Made by a program: the position numbers and the translations under genes
From: Candidatus Hydrogenedentota bacterium
Lineage (GTDB): Bacteria > Hydrogenedentota > Hydrogenedentia > Hydrogenedentales > GCA-2746185
DNA: 39,455 nucleotides
Direction: 5' to 3'
Assembly (NCBI GenBank): GCA_046583315.1
Contig: JAYGCN010000316.1
Coordinates: 1-39,455 of the forward strand
Notes under the pieces: generated by a model
The model's database searches: none
Told to the model about the DNA's origin: nothing
Seen by the model: only the letters and a program-made list of their open reading frames with translations
Shown here: one piece after another, positions 1 to 11,000 of the stretch
Layout of the letters: the number at the start of each line of letters is the position of its first letter
Position numbering within the stretch: position 1 is the first letter of the stretch

Positions 1-2
1 TG

Positions 3-737
3 AGCATCTGTGTGGCCCTTCTCGCTGCGTTATTTGTGCGCGACACACCCGAACAGCTTGGACTTTCAAGAGACGGCACTCCTCCTCAACCCGATCCTGA
101 TTCAAAAACCGGATCCTCCATGACGTCGGAACATCTGTGGACAGCGCGGCAGGCTATTTTCACCGCTCAATTCCTCCTCATTTCCATCGCTGGTATTGCA
201 TACGCGACACCCTGGGGAGTCGTAGTTTCTCAAATGACGTTGCATCTTACTGAAAAAGGTTTTGAAATTGACGTAATCGCGTCGCTCCTTGGTTCACTCG
301 CCCTGGTGAGTATCCTTGGACGCCTCACCGGTATTCTTGGCGACAAGTTAAATCCGCGTTACGTGATTATAGCGGGCCTTATCGTCGAAGGTATTGGCAC
401 TGCGGGCTTCTATTTTGTAGACAGTAAGCTCACCGCCTCCATATGCCTTTTGTTGATAGGTATCGGATTTGGCTCTACCTATGTGTGTATTCCAGCGCTC
501 TTCTCCGATTATTTCGGACGTAAAGCGTTCGGCACGACCGCAGGAACACGCATGCTCATCACCGGCGTGTTCAACGGTGCCGGTCCGTGGGTCACTGGAC
601 TTGTCGCGGACAAAAGTGGTTACTTCATTCCATTCATGGCACTGGCTGTACTTTGCTTTATCGGTTCGTTCGCGGCGGCTGTCTGCACCGATCCCGGACC
701 GCCTCCCGGATCCAAATCTGAACCGGAACCCGCATAA
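3..737 (+). CDS. MFS transporter, C-terminal part (5' truncated by window edge)
   Basis: Frame is open back to base 3; many hydrophobic helices; MFS loop motif GRLTGILGDKL and 'DYFGRKAFG'. Confidence 0.85.
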   Translation, partial: SICVALLAALFVRDTPEQLGLSRDGTPPQPDPDSKTGSSMTSEHLWTARQAIFTAQFLLISIAGIAYATPWGVVVSQMTLHLTEKGFEIDVIASLLGSLALVSILGRLTGILGDKLNPRYVIIAGLIVEGIGTAGFYFVDSKLTASICLLLIGIGFGSTYVCIPALFSDYFGRKAFGTTAGTRMLITGVFNGAGPWVTGLVADKSGYFIPFMALAVLCFIGSFAAAVCTDPGPPPGSKSEPEPA

Positions 738-776
738 CCGCTTGTGAACTCTGTGCGTTTTTTGGAACAATACCCC

Positions 777-1799
777 ATGCAAAAAGACAAATACGGCATA
801 TTGCTGATCAACACGGGTTCACCGGACGCGCCAGAAACTGGGCCAACGCGTAGCTACCTGAATCGTTTTCTTTCCGATCCGCGCGTGATCGATCTCCCTG
901 CGTGGAGGCGTTGGTTATTGGTCAAGCTGATATTGATTACACGTCCCAAGGAATCGGCACACGCCTACAGCCAGATCTGGACCGATCGTGGGTCACCCCT
1001 CGTGTTTCATGCGGAGGATTTGCGCGATGGACTCCGTGCCCAACTGCCCGATGCGCTCATCGAAACCGGCATGGCCTATGGATGTCCTTATGTGCCCGAC
1101 GCGCTGAACAGCCTCCTAAAGCAGGGTGCCACGCGCATTGTTCTGGCACCTCTATTTCCTCAGTATGCATCAGCGACCATCGGTTCAGTGCTCGAACTTT
1201 CGTACAAGACGCTGGCGGATTTACCGAACGTACCGCCGATTACAACGCTCTCCCCCTTTTACGATCACCCGGCTTTTCTGGATGCGTGGGTTGCGTTGAC
1301 CAAGCCGAAACTGGATGCATTCAAGCCGGACCACATTCTGCTCAGTTATCACGGTCTGCCTGAGCGACAGGTACGAAACTGCGACCCGACGGGCTCGCAC
1401 TGCTTGCAGAGAGACGACTGCTGCGAGCACTATCTGGAGGCCAACCCGTATTGTTATCGCGCGCATTGTGTGGCGACTACGAAGGGCATTGTCGAAGGTC
1501 TTGGACTCGGAGACGACGACTACAGCTTCGTATTCCAGTCCAAACTGGGACGCAGCGCGTGGCTCACTCCGGCGACGGATGCAACGGTTGAGAAACTGGC
1601 AAAAGACGGCGTGAAAAAACTCGCGATCCTCTCCCCTGCGTTCGTCGGCGACTGCATTGAGACCATCGAGGAATTGGGCATGCAGGCGCGGGACAGTTTT
1701 CTGAAAAATGGCGGGCAGGAACTTGAGCTGTTGCCGTCACTCAACAGTGAAGCGGCGTGGGTATCGGCCTTCGCGGAAATTCTGCAAGACACGATGTAG
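777..1799 (+). CDS. hemH: Ferrochelatase with Cys-rich insert
   Basis: GILLINTGSP, FLSDPRVID, LFPQYASAT, SYHGLP, FQSKLG..WLTP, DCIETIEEL motifs; ATG at 777 preferred over GTG at 744. Confidence 0.95.
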   Translation: MQKDKYGILLINTGSPDAPETGPTRSYLNRFLSDPRVIDLPAWRRWLLVKLILITRPKESAHAYSQIWTDRGSPLVFHAEDLRDGLRAQLPDALIETGMAYGCPYVPDALNSLLKQGATRIVLAPLFPQYASATIGSVLELSYKTLADLPNVPPITTLSPFYDHPAFLDAWVALTKPKLDAFKPDHILLSYHGLPERQVRNCDPTGSHCLQRDDCCEHYLEANPYCYRAHCVATTKGIVEGLGLGDDDYSFVFQSKLGRSAWLTPATDATVEKLAKDGVKKLAILSPAFVGDCIETIEELGMQARDSFLKNGGQELELLPSLNSEAAWVSAFAEILQDTM

Positions 1800-1808
1800 A
1801 GAGGCTGA

Positions 1809-2264
1809 TTACCCTTTGATGTTCAAGACTGAGGCGCCGTGGGGATTGATGGCCGGGCGTTCGATGGGCATCTCATTTTCATGGGCAAGTTTCCCAAACA
1901 GTTCTTCCCAGGTGTCGCGGATGACGGTCATCAGGGGGATGCATTCTTCGAGGAAGACCGAATCTTTCGAGATATTCGCCTGCACCAGCAGATGGTGAAA
2001 GTATTCATAAGACCGATCAAGATTTTCCGCCACGTCGCCGGCAGACATATCCAACGCGCTCCTAAGCTCGCTGACGATGTCCTGGGCCCGGATCAAGGTG
2101 TTGTGAATCGCAGGAACATCGAGCGGCGTGTCCTGCATAAGCCGCTTTGCCTCTTCAGCGCGCTGAATCGCTCCGTTAAAGAGTAAAACGATCAGTTTGC
2201 CTTGCGATGCGGTTTCCACATCAACCTGCTTATACGCACTAGACGGTGTAGCGTTTGTACCCAT
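1809..2264 (-). CDS. fliS: Flagellin export chaperone FliS
   Basis: AYKQ..VETAS.GKLIVLLFNGAI, RAQDIVSEL..ALDM, NL...YEY, IRDTW; directly downstream of fliD. Confidence 0.95.
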   Translation of the reverse strand: MGTNATPSSAYKQVDVETASQGKLIVLLFNGAIQRAEEAKRLMQDTPLDVPAIHNTLIRAQDIVSELRSALDMSAGDVAENLDRSYEYFHHLLVQANISKDSVFLEECIPLMTVIRDTWEELFGKLAHENEMPIERPAINPHGASVLNIKG

Positions 2265-2295
2265 TGCGACTTACCCTTTTCTTGAAAAGAACCAT

Positions 2296-4020
2296 CTAAA
2301 ATCCGCCGAGACCTTGTCCCAAACTGAGCAGCGAACCTGCCTGTGACTGAAATGTTGCCACCAACTGCTCCATTGCGACAAAACGCGAACGCAACCGAGC
2401 CTCTTTCAACTCGAGACGTCGCTCCATGGCCTCAATGCGCTCGTTAAGCGAGCGAATTTGCGAATCAATAGTACCATTTGAGCGGGCGCGATCGTTCAGA
2501 AAGCCTCCCGTACTGGAAATTTCATCCAGGTAGGCAAACAGTTTATCTGCGATGCCTGTTTCGGCATCGTTTGAGAATATCTCTTCGATATTGGTGACGT
2601 TTTTCCCGATGGCAGCGCTAAGCTTCGTCTCATCAATCTCCAACTGAAAGACAGCCGAGGCGCTAAAGTTTTCCCCGGTGCTGATACCGATTTCCAGAAG
2701 ACTTTCGAGACCTCCTGACAAGCCGGGCACCCGGTCAAATATCGTGGAGGTCAAAAAATTCTTGATACTGCGTATGCTTCCGTCGCCGGATAGTTCGCCT
2801 TTGTCCCCAACGAGCTCGGCAATGGACATCACCGACTCATTGAAACTGTCCACGAACTCCTGAATCACGCTGATGACCGCGTCCTGATCTTGCGAGACGG
2901 TCAAAGTCGTTGTTCCGATACTTTTGAGATTGATTGTGAGATCGCCAATGACGGTGGAGACATTGTTGCTGTTGCGGGTCAATACCGGACCGCCATCCAC
3001 AGAAAACTGAGAATCCAATCCTACGCTCTGGTTGGCCGATGCCAGATTCATGATGTCCAGGAAATTGCTGGTGCCGCTCGCAAACGAGATGGTTCGGCTG
3101 CCAAGGTTGTCGGATACAACACGTATCCCATCCGTTGTCGGATCATAACTTGCCGTCACGCCGGCATCGGAGTCATTGATACGGGCAATCACGTCGCTCA
3201 CAGCATCGACCGTCGGGTCCACCGTGATAGCGATACCGTTGATGAAGAAGCTACCACCCGTGATGGCACCACCTACATAGTTTTGCGTATCGAGGGTCTT
3301 CCCTTCGTCTATTCGGCCCAGTCCCACCGAAGACACGACCTCTGTCGATCCGTTTCCGTTTGTAAACTGGGTAGCATCGGTGATATTGATGATGTCCCAA
3401 AAGTTGCTCGTGTCGCCGGTACCGCCAAAGTTGATAATACTTGTGTCACCGGGCGTTGAATTCTCGATGGTGACCTTGTCCGTCGCGGCATCGTAGGTAG
3501 CGGTCACACCAATCCCGGCGACGTTTATTTGATCCATCACCGCTTTAAGCGTCGATACGGAGAAATCGAAATTAAATTGCGCTCCGTTGATCGTGAATTG
3601 TCCAGAGGTAATTTCCCGGTTGACGCCGGAGTTTTCGAGTGGGACACCGATGGGAGTGATGGAAGCCCCGATTCGACCAATGCTCGTAGCCACTGTCGCA
3701 CTTGCAAGTTGCGTTACGTCGATTACGAACGCACCCGCCGTGGGGTTTGGTCCGGAAGGCGTCGCGGTGCCGACGGTCTCATCACTGGAAGAGACCGTAA
3801 ACTGATTGAAGTCAAGGCCAAAGCGGAAATCCTGAAGCGTGGTGCGAAGAGTGAGCAGCTGTGTACGCAAATCCGAGACCGCGTCGCGTTGCTTTTCCAG
3901 AGTGCCGATTCTGCTCTGAAAGCGTAGGAGGGGTATCCGCTCAATTTGCATCAGCTGAGCGACAAGGTTGTTTGTATCCAGCCCTGTAATCAGTCCTCCT
4001 GATGAAAATGTACCTGACAT
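2296..4020 (-). CDS. fliD: Flagellar filament capping protein FliD
   Basis: N-terminal GLITGLDTNNLVAQLMQIERIP, VTQLASA, FVDSFN, C-terminal coiled coil RLRSRFVAME; GGAGG RBS at 4026-4030. Confidence 0.95.
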   Translation of the reverse strand: MSGTFSSGGLITGLDTNNLVAQLMQIERIPLLRFQSRIGTLEKQRDAVSDLRTQLLTLRTTLQDFRFGLDFNQFTVSSSDETVGTATPSGPNPTAGAFVIDVTQLASATVATSIGRIGASITPIGVPLENSGVNREITSGQFTINGAQFNFDFSVSTLKAVMDQINVAGIGVTATYDAATDKVTIENSTPGDTSIINFGGTGDTSNFWDIINITDATQFTNGNGSTEVVSSVGLGRIDEGKTLDTQNYVGGAITGGSFFINGIAITVDPTVDAVSDVIARINDSDAGVTASYDPTTDGIRVVSDNLGSRTISFASGTSNFLDIMNLASANQSVGLDSQFSVDGGPVLTRNSNNVSTVIGDLTINLKSIGTTTLTVSQDQDAVISVIQEFVDSFNESVMSIAELVGDKGELSGDGSIRSIKNFLTSTIFDRVPGLSGGLESLLEIGISTGENFSASAVFQLEIDETKLSAAIGKNVTNIEEIFSNDAETGIADKLFAYLDEISSTGGFLNDRARSNGTIDSQIRSLNERIEAMERRLELKEARLRSRFVAMEQLVATFQSQAGSLLSLGQGLGGF

Positions 4021-4105
4021 CCCGTCCTCCTCGAATCCCCTAACCTGCTTATTTACAGCGAGTTACGAATAATTGAGAGTCGATTCCAGTCGACTCATAT
4101 ACTTT

Positions 4106-4132
4106 TTATCGGCGATTCTGGCGTGAACTTTA
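4106..4132 (-). promoter_or_regulatory. sigma28 (FliA) promoter of fliD-fliS
   Basis: Minus strand reads TAAA-gttcacgccagaatc(15 nt)-GCCGATAA, the exact sigma28 consensus, 86 bp upstream of fliD. Confidence 0.9.
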
Positions 4133-4165
4133 GGACGTTGTGAAATAAATACCTTACTTTGGGAC

Positions 4166-4198
4166 AAAAAAACCCCGGCATCGCGCTCGATGTCGGGG
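4166..4198 (-). terminator. Rho-independent terminator after the pilC-family gene
   Basis: Minus strand CCCCGACATCG-agcg-CGATGCCGGGG hairpin followed by T7. Confidence 0.8.
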
Positions 4199-4222
4199 CT
4201 CGCAAATGGTATTGCAGGTTGT

Positions 4223-5431
4223 CTAAACGATGGTGGAAAGGTTCATGATAGGCATGAACAGGCCGATGATGATTCCGCCCACAACAATCCCCATAAACAG
4301 CAGGAGGACGGGCTCAAGCATACTGGTCATATTGTCTACCAATGCTTTCACTTCTGAGTCATAGAATTCCTGAATTTTGAACAGCATCACCTCCAGTGCG
4401 CCTGTCTTCTCGCCCACCCCGATCATCCGCGTGACCATTGGAGGAAATTCGCCACTACGCGCTAGCGGATCAGCGAGCGATTCACCATTGCGTACACCTT
4501 CTGCAGCCTCTCGAACGACTTTGGAGAACACCATGTTACCTGCGGTCGATTCGACAATATCGAGAGCCTGGAGAATGGGAACGCCGCTGCGCGTCAATGT
4601 CGCGAGTGTACCGGTAAAACGGCTCACGCAGACCTTTCGAATCAACATGCCGAATATGGGCAACTTCAATTTCAAGGCGTCCAGATTATAACGCCCGGTC
4701 GGCGTTTTATTGTAGGCCTTCAGTCCAATCACAATGCCGATAATCGTACCGATAATAATCAATATTCTCCAACTACGCAGCCAAGTGCTTATCGTAATCA
4801 GGAGCTGCGTCGACTGTGGAAGTTCCGCACCCATGTCATTGAATATTTTCTCGAATTGCGGCACAACAAATATGATAAGACCGGAAGCAATAAGCATCAC
4901 GATGGAGAAAGCGGCAGCCGGGTACATCATGGCCCCTTTGACGCGGCGGCGCAATTCTGCCGAGGCTTCCATGTAATCGGCAAGCTGAACCAGAACGCTG
5001 TCGAGTTCACCACTGGCTTCGCCGGAGCGCACCATACTGACGAACAGTTCAGGGAACACGCGCGGGTACGATCGGATGGCACCGGAGAAGGTTTCGCCCC
5101 CTTCTACACTTGCCGCGATATCGGAAATGACTTGAGAGAAGTGGTCGGTTTCCGCTTGTTCGGCAAGAATATCCAAGCTCTGCAACAAAGGCAACCCTGC
5201 ATTGACCATCACCGCCAACTGACGTGTGAAGATTAGTACCTCTTTGGTCTTAACCTTTTTGCCCACATGTGACTTGAGACTACCCAAGCCCTTTTCTTTA
5301 ATTGATGAGGCATCGACCGTGAGCCCACGAATCTTCAGCTTCTGAGTCAGTTCATTATGACTCTTGGCACTCAGGCTACCCTTTTTCGGGCGTCCGTCGC
5401 GTCCCCGCGCAACATAAACGTACGTTGGCAT
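4223..5431 (-). CDS. pilC: Type IV pilus / T2SS inner-membrane platform protein (PilC/GspF family)
   Basis: FTRQLAVMVNAGLPLLQSL, SGEASGELD, AMMYP, GVPILQAL, GEKTGALE, LEP motifs; ATG at 5431 has a GAGGGG RBS. Confidence 0.9.
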   Translation of the reverse strand: MPTYVYVARGRDGRPKKGSLSAKSHNELTQKLKIRGLTVDASSIKEKGLGSLKSHVGKKVKTKEVLIFTRQLAVMVNAGLPLLQSLDILAEQAETDHFSQVISDIAASVEGGETFSGAIRSYPRVFPELFVSMVRSGEASGELDSVLVQLADYMEASAELRRRVKGAMMYPAAAFSIVMLIASGLIIFVVPQFEKIFNDMGAELPQSTQLLITISTWLRSWRILIIIGTIIGIVIGLKAYNKTPTGRYNLDALKLKLPIFGMLIRKVCVSRFTGTLATLTRSGVPILQALDIVESTAGNMVFSKVVREAAEGVRNGESLADPLARSGEFPPMVTRMIGVGEKTGALEVMLFKIQEFYDSEVKALVDNMTSMLEPVLLLFMGIVVGGIIIGLFMPIMNLSTIV

Positions 5432-5548
5432 AGATTTCCCCTCCACCGCCATTCCATTATCGCTGAATTACTTGACGCATTGTAACGCGAATCATCCAAG
5501 ATAACAACTTTTAGCTGTATTTCCACTTATTTGGTAACGACGTAGCCA

Positions 5549-6523
5549 CTACTTCTTCGGCTTGTCTGCGGCCTCTCCGTAGGGCCCACGGATTCCCTCG
5601 TGCCCTACCGGATGCGCGGCCTCATGACTCTCCGGTTCTATATGCGTGGTCATTTGCACGCGATACGTTGGGAAAAGTTCCATCACGCGTCGCTCAACCA
5701 AGGTGGCGCGCGCATGGGCATCAAGATTGACCATGCCGTCCGGCAACAGTACATGCACCTCAATCCACATCACCGAATCGATCGCACGATGGCGAAGTTG
5801 ATGGTATCCGCTGATTGTCTGACCCGCTACGGCTTCATCGAGACACTTCAGTAATTTTGACGTGTCATCTTCGGCTACTTCGTCCAGTAACCCCCGGACG
5901 GATCGCCGAATCAGCAATATTGCGCTCACCAAGATATTGACACCGACAACGATGGCCATAACAGGGTCCAGCCATACAATGCCGGTAAAATATACGAGGA
6001 TTATTCCGATCACGACACCCAGACTCGTCCACATATCGGTAAGCACGTGTTTGCCGTTCGCCACGAGAATCAATTGATTGGTTTGTTTACCCACGCGAAT
6101 CAAGAAAAGGCCGAGCATCAAATTGATGAAACCGAGCCCCGCAGTGATGGCGATTCCGACATCCAACTGGTGTAACTCGACACCGTATACCAACCCGCGA
6201 ATGCCGACACCGATGACGACGATCGATGCAATTAGAATCAGCGCGCCTTCGAAACCAGCGGAAAAGTAGGCGATCTTTCCGTGACCGTAGGGGTGATTCG
6301 CATCGGCCGGGCGACTGGCATACCAAAGGCTGGCGGCGGCGAGACTGGTCGCCACGATGTGGATGACCGACTCTGCCGCGTCCGACAAAATCGCCGTACT
6401 ACCGGTTATCCATGTTGCCCAGAACTTTCCGACCAACATGAGCACGGCGACCGCAAGACTTGTTGCCATTGCGATCTGTGCCACACGACCGTGCGCGGTC
6501 GCTTTTGTTTCTACCTCACTCAT
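5549..6523 (-). CDS. Cation diffusion facilitator (CDF) family transporter
   Basis: SDAAES..H, PADANHPYGHGK, ANGKHVLTD, WLDP, HIEP; start overlaps upstream stop (ATGA, 6520-6523). Confidence 0.9.
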   Translation of the reverse strand: MSEVETKATAHGRVAQIAMATSLAVAVLMLVGKFWATWITGSTAILSDAAESVIHIVATSLAAASLWYASRPADANHPYGHGKIAYFSAGFEGALILIASIVVIGVGIRGLVYGVELHQLDVGIAITAGLGFINLMLGLFLIRVGKQTNQLILVANGKHVLTDMWTSLGVVIGIILVYFTGIVWLDPVMAIVVGVNILVSAILLIRRSVRGLLDEVAEDDTSKLLKCLDEAVAGQTISGYHQLRHRAIDSVMWIEVHVLLPDGMVNLDAHARATLVERRVMELFPTYRVQMTTHIEPESHEAAHPVGHEGIRGPYGEAADKPKK

Positions 6524-7413
6524 ACGAAGATGGACTCCCAAACTTGTTCGATGTCAGGATACACGAAATGAAATCCCGTCCGTTCTAACACCCCCGGCGC
6601 TACATTGGCTCCGTTTAACAACAATGCCTCGCCCATCTCGCCCAAGGCAAGTCGAATGACAAAACCAGGTACCCGAAACCAGCAGGGACGATGTAGCGCG
6701 GTTGCCAACGAGTGACTGAAATCCTGGTTGCTAACCGGATTCGGCGCGACGACGTTTACGGCCCCTTTCACATCGGCATCATCCATCAAATGCAGAATCG
6801 CCCCAACAGCATCCTCCAGCGCGATCCAGCTCATCGATTGTTCTCCGTTTCCCAACGGGCCTCCAAAACCCACGCGAAACACCGGAAGCATTCGGGCCAA
6901 CGCGCCTCTCGATGGTGTAAGCACGACTCCGAGGCGTGCATGCACTACCCGCGTGACGCTTCGAGCCATCTCGGCAGCCTCTTCCCACGCGCTACACACG
7001 CCTGACAGGAAATCGTCGCCTGGTGGACTCGACTCATCGAAGGCTTCTTCTTGATTCGTCGTTCCATAGATTCCAATCGCAGAGGCGCAAATGAAAACCG
7101 CGGGCGGCTTCGAAACTTCCGCGATGCGCCTGGACAACAGCTCGACCGTGGACACCCGACTCTCCAGAATTTCTCGTTTGATTCGGGGAGTCCAACGTCC
7201 GTCGGCGATACCCTTGCCCGACAAGCAAATAACAGCGTCGACCCCTTCCACGCTCGACGCATCCAATTCGCCGGATTCAGGATGCCATTGGAGCTCGCTA
7301 TCATCGGCAGGATCATGCCGCACAAGCCGCCTCACCGTGTCCCCCCGGCTTTTCAGCGCGGAAACCAGTGCGGTGCCTATAAGTCCAGATGCCCCTGCGA
7401 TTACGACGTTCAT
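6520..7413 (-). CDS. TIGR01777 family NAD-dependent epimerase/oxidoreductase (YfcH/SDR39U1-like)
   Basis: GASGLIG Rossmann motif, RWTP..K..ILESRV, ASAIGIYG, FL..VC.AWE, GNGEQSMSWI; start at MNVVIAG. Confidence 0.9.
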   Translation of the reverse strand: MNVVIAGASGLIGTALVSALKSRGDTVRRLVRHDPADDSELQWHPESGELDASSVEGVDAVICLSGKGIADGRWTPRIKREILESRVSTVELLSRRIAEVSKPPAVFICASAIGIYGTTNQEEAFDESSPPGDDFLSGVCSAWEEAAEMARSVTRVVHARLGVVLTPSRGALARMLPVFRVGFGGPLGNGEQSMSWIALEDAVGAILHLMDDADVKGAVNVVAPNPVSNQDFSHSLATALHRPCWFRVPGFVIRLALGEMGEALLLNGANVAPGVLERTGFHFVYPDIEQVWESIFV

Positions 7414-7561
7414 GGGTTCCCCTAAGACATAATTCAGTGCAACTTTATCACATAAAAACGCATAAAAAGGAAGCATTAAGCATCGAATTAACTATTTTTA
7501 AATCTGCTTGACTACAAACAATCTCCTGTGCTTCAATTTAAGTCCTAACAAAGGAGCCTGT

Positions 7562-8029
7562 ATGAGTTTACAAGACGAGTTGGGATTGCAAAATCCTTTC
7601 AACGACATCCGGCATGAAGCGGTTCTCAATATTGTACGAACGGCGAACCTCTTCTCGGCGAAGGCAGCCCAACTTTTCCGAAACTATGATCTCACCGAGG
7701 CGCAGTTCAACGTGCTCTTCGCGTTGAAATTTGCAGCGGGCGATATTACCCAGGCGGAACTGGGCAAACGGCTCGTGGTGACGCGCGCGAGCATCACTTC
7801 GGTACTCGACAAACTTGAATCAAAAGATCTCGTCAAGCGGGTCAATGTTCCGGACAATCGGCGCATTCATCACGTGGAATTAACGATCAAAGGGCGCGCG
7901 CTCATCGACCAGGTTGAACCGCGTTACCGGGACGAAATTCATCTCGCGCTTTCGGATATGGAGATTGACGATTGCCACCAGCTTATCAACCAGTTGGAAA
8001 AAGCACGCGGGCGCGTACAAAATTTATAA
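7562..8029 (+). CDS. MarR family transcriptional regulator
   Basis: LTEAQFNVL, QAELGKRL.VTRASITSVLDKLE, DNRR, LTIKG; AAGGAG RBS at 7551-7556. Confidence 0.9.
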   Translation: MSLQDELGLQNPFNDIRHEAVLNIVRTANLFSAKAAQLFRNYDLTEAQFNVLFALKFAAGDITQAELGKRLVVTRASITSVLDKLESKDLVKRVNVPDNRRIHHVELTIKGRALIDQVEPRYRDEIHLALSDMEIDDCHQLINQLEKARGRVQNL

Positions 8030-8080
8030 CGACATTTTCGCGACGGGACTCCACCTCTTGTCACGATCAGGAGCATCCCC

Positions 8081-11000
8081 ATGGGGATCACATACGATAA
8101 ATCGAGCTACAAGAAGGGCTACTGGTATCTGATAGCGACGTTGTTCCAGGGTGCCTTCAGCGATAACTTTTTCAAGTATACCCTGATCTTCCTACTGATC
8201 GACTCCGCCGTCACCGATACCGCACAAAACTCCGGCGCGATCGCGGCCTATGCAGGAATGCTCTTCGCCATCCCCTACATTCTCTTCCCCGGAATATTTG
8301 GTGCGCTTTCTGATCGCGTTCCCAAAAAACAAGTCGTCGTGTGGACGAAGTATCTCGAAATCGTCATCATGGCTCTCGGCTTTTTCGCCATACTCAACGG
8401 ACAACCCATCTTCCTCGCAGCCGTCTTCTTCATGATGGCCACCCAGAGCGCGATGTTCGGCCCGGCGAAATACGGAATCCTGCCTGAAGGCCTGCCCGAG
8501 TCCCGCCTATCCTGGGGGAACGGGGTTATGCAGATGATGACCATGGTCGCCATCATCGCCGGGGTTGGATGCGCCGGCCCCCTCTACCAGATGCTCAGCA
8601 AGGGCGGCAATGTCCAGTATTCCTCTTTCATTCTGGTGGCTCTCGCGTTTCTGGGACTCACCTTCGCGCGCAAAGTATTTAATCCACCCGCCGCTGATCC
8701 ACAACGAGCCATACCCGCCAATCCATGGTCCGGCATGGGAAAAGTCTTCAAAATTTACAAGGCTGATAAATGGCTGTGGCTCACAGTAGTCGGTTACGTA
8801 TATTTCTGGTTCGTCGCAGCATTGCTTCAAGCCAATCTGATTCCCTTTGGCAATAATATTTTGAATCTTTCCGAAATCCAGATGAGCATGCAGGCGGTCG
8901 CACTATCACTCGGCATCGGTGCGGGGGCGGTCTCGGCTGGATATCTTTCACGCGGGAAAATCGAAGTAGGACTCATTCCCCTGGGCGCATTCGGTATGGC
9001 CGTCTTCTGCGGATTGTTGGCGTGGCCAATTTTCGGATTCCAGGGCTCACTCGTACTGCTCACGGGACTCGGATTCTTCGGCGGGGTATTTGATGTGCCC
9101 TTGGCCGCCACCATTCAGTCCCGCAGCCCATCGAACATGCGCGGCGCCATCATGGCAGTCACCAACATGCTCACCTTCGTCGGCATGTTTACCGCCGGCG
9201 CGTTGATGCTGTTCTTCAGCACACAATCCGTCAGTCCCTACACCATCTTCGCCATCTGCTGCGTCATGACCTTTGCGATGGCCATCTACGTTAGCCTCTT
9301 GCTTCCAATTTTCGTTTTGCGCCTCGGACTGTGGTTCCTCGCGAACACCATCTATCGAGTGCGCGTCATCGGACGTCGCCATATCCCCGAACACGGCGGT
9401 GCCTTACTCGTAGCAAATCACACCTCCTTCCTCGACGCGCTCATCATCGTCGCCAGCATTGATCGTCCTGTGCGATTCCTCATGTACCGCGGCATCTACG
9501 AAGTCCCCTGGATAAAACCGCTGGCAAAACTCGTCGGGGCCATCCCCATCGCCCCCGGTGGCGGACCGCGTGAGGTCATGCAATCGCTCCAGAGTGCGAC
9601 GGACGCGCTCAAGGACGGCGAACTCGTTTGTATTTTTGCCGAGGGGCAAATCACGCGCACGGGCCAGATGCTTCCCTTCCGGAAAGGCTTCGAACGCATC
9701 ATGGCCGGCACGGATGCCCCGATTATTCCCGTGCATATCGACCAAATCTGGGGCAGTATCTTCAGTTTTTCTGATGGCAAGTTCTTCTGGAAGTGGCCCA
9801 AGCGCATCCCCTTCCCCATCACCATCGGCTTTGGCGAGTCCATGCCTTCGGATTCCAACGCCTATGAATTGCGGGCCGCCATCCAGGAACTGGGCACCGA
9901 AGCCTACAATCGCCACGACACCAAAGCACCGCTGCTGCATGAACTCTTCATCAAGAAAGCGAAACGCCACCCTTTCAAACTCGGCGTTGCGGACGCACGC
10001 TCGGGCGCACTGAGCAATTTCAGAACCCTCGTGGGTGCCATCATTCTGGCGCGAAAACTCAAACCCCTGCTCGCGGACGACGAAAAAATGGTCGGGCTGC
10101 TTCTGCCACAATCCGTCGGTGGCACACTGGCCAACATCGCGCTCACGATGATCAACCGTGTGCCGGTAAACATGAATTACACGACCTCCGACGAAGCACT
10201 CGATTCGGCCGCGACGCAGTGCGACATGAGACACGTGATCACGGCCAGGGCTTTCCTCGATCAGGTGCCCGTGACCCCGCCGCGCGACATCATTTACGTC
10301 GACGACATACTTGCAGGTGTCGTCAAGAAAGATCGCATCCAGGCGATACTGATGGCTTACCTGTTGCCGATGAAAGTACTCCTCAAAAAACTCGGCGGAA
10401 ACGAAAAACGATCCATTGATGATACCGCCACGATCGTATTCTCCAGCGGCAGTGAAGGCGAACCGAAGGGCATTATCCTCACCCATTACAACATCACCAA
10501 GAATATCGAAGCCGCCCTGCAAGTGTTCCCCCACCAGAAAGGCGACATCATCATGGGCATGCTGCCGTTCTTCCATGTCTTCGGATACACGGCAACGTTG
10601 TGGCTGGTGCTCGTCCACCAAAATTTCGGTGCCGTTTACCATCCCAACCCGATGGAGCCACGCGCGATTGGCGGACTCATCGAAAAATACAAAGCCACCA
10701 TCATGTTCAGCACGTCTACCTTCCTGCATGGATTCGTTCGACGCTGCACCCCGAAACAACTCGGTTCAATCCGCTTTATCATCACGGGGGCCGAAAAACT
10801 CTCGCCGCGTGTGCGCGATGCCTTCAAGGAAAAATTCGGCGTGGAGCCGCTCGAAGGCTACGGCACCACCGAGTGCTCGCCCATCGTATCACTCAACGTG
10901 CCGGACTTCCGTGCGCCGGGTTTCTACCAAAAAGGAACGAAACGGGGTTCGATTGGACATCCCCTGCCGGGCATCAGCGTGCGCATCACCGATCCCGACA

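Noticed and set aside
9404..10759. 451-aa minus-strand ORF, and similar long ORFs at 11884-12654, 22076-23020, 27049-27903, 30218-31195
   Set aside because: Antisense shadows of well-supported genes; no recognisable motifs, explained by codon bias.
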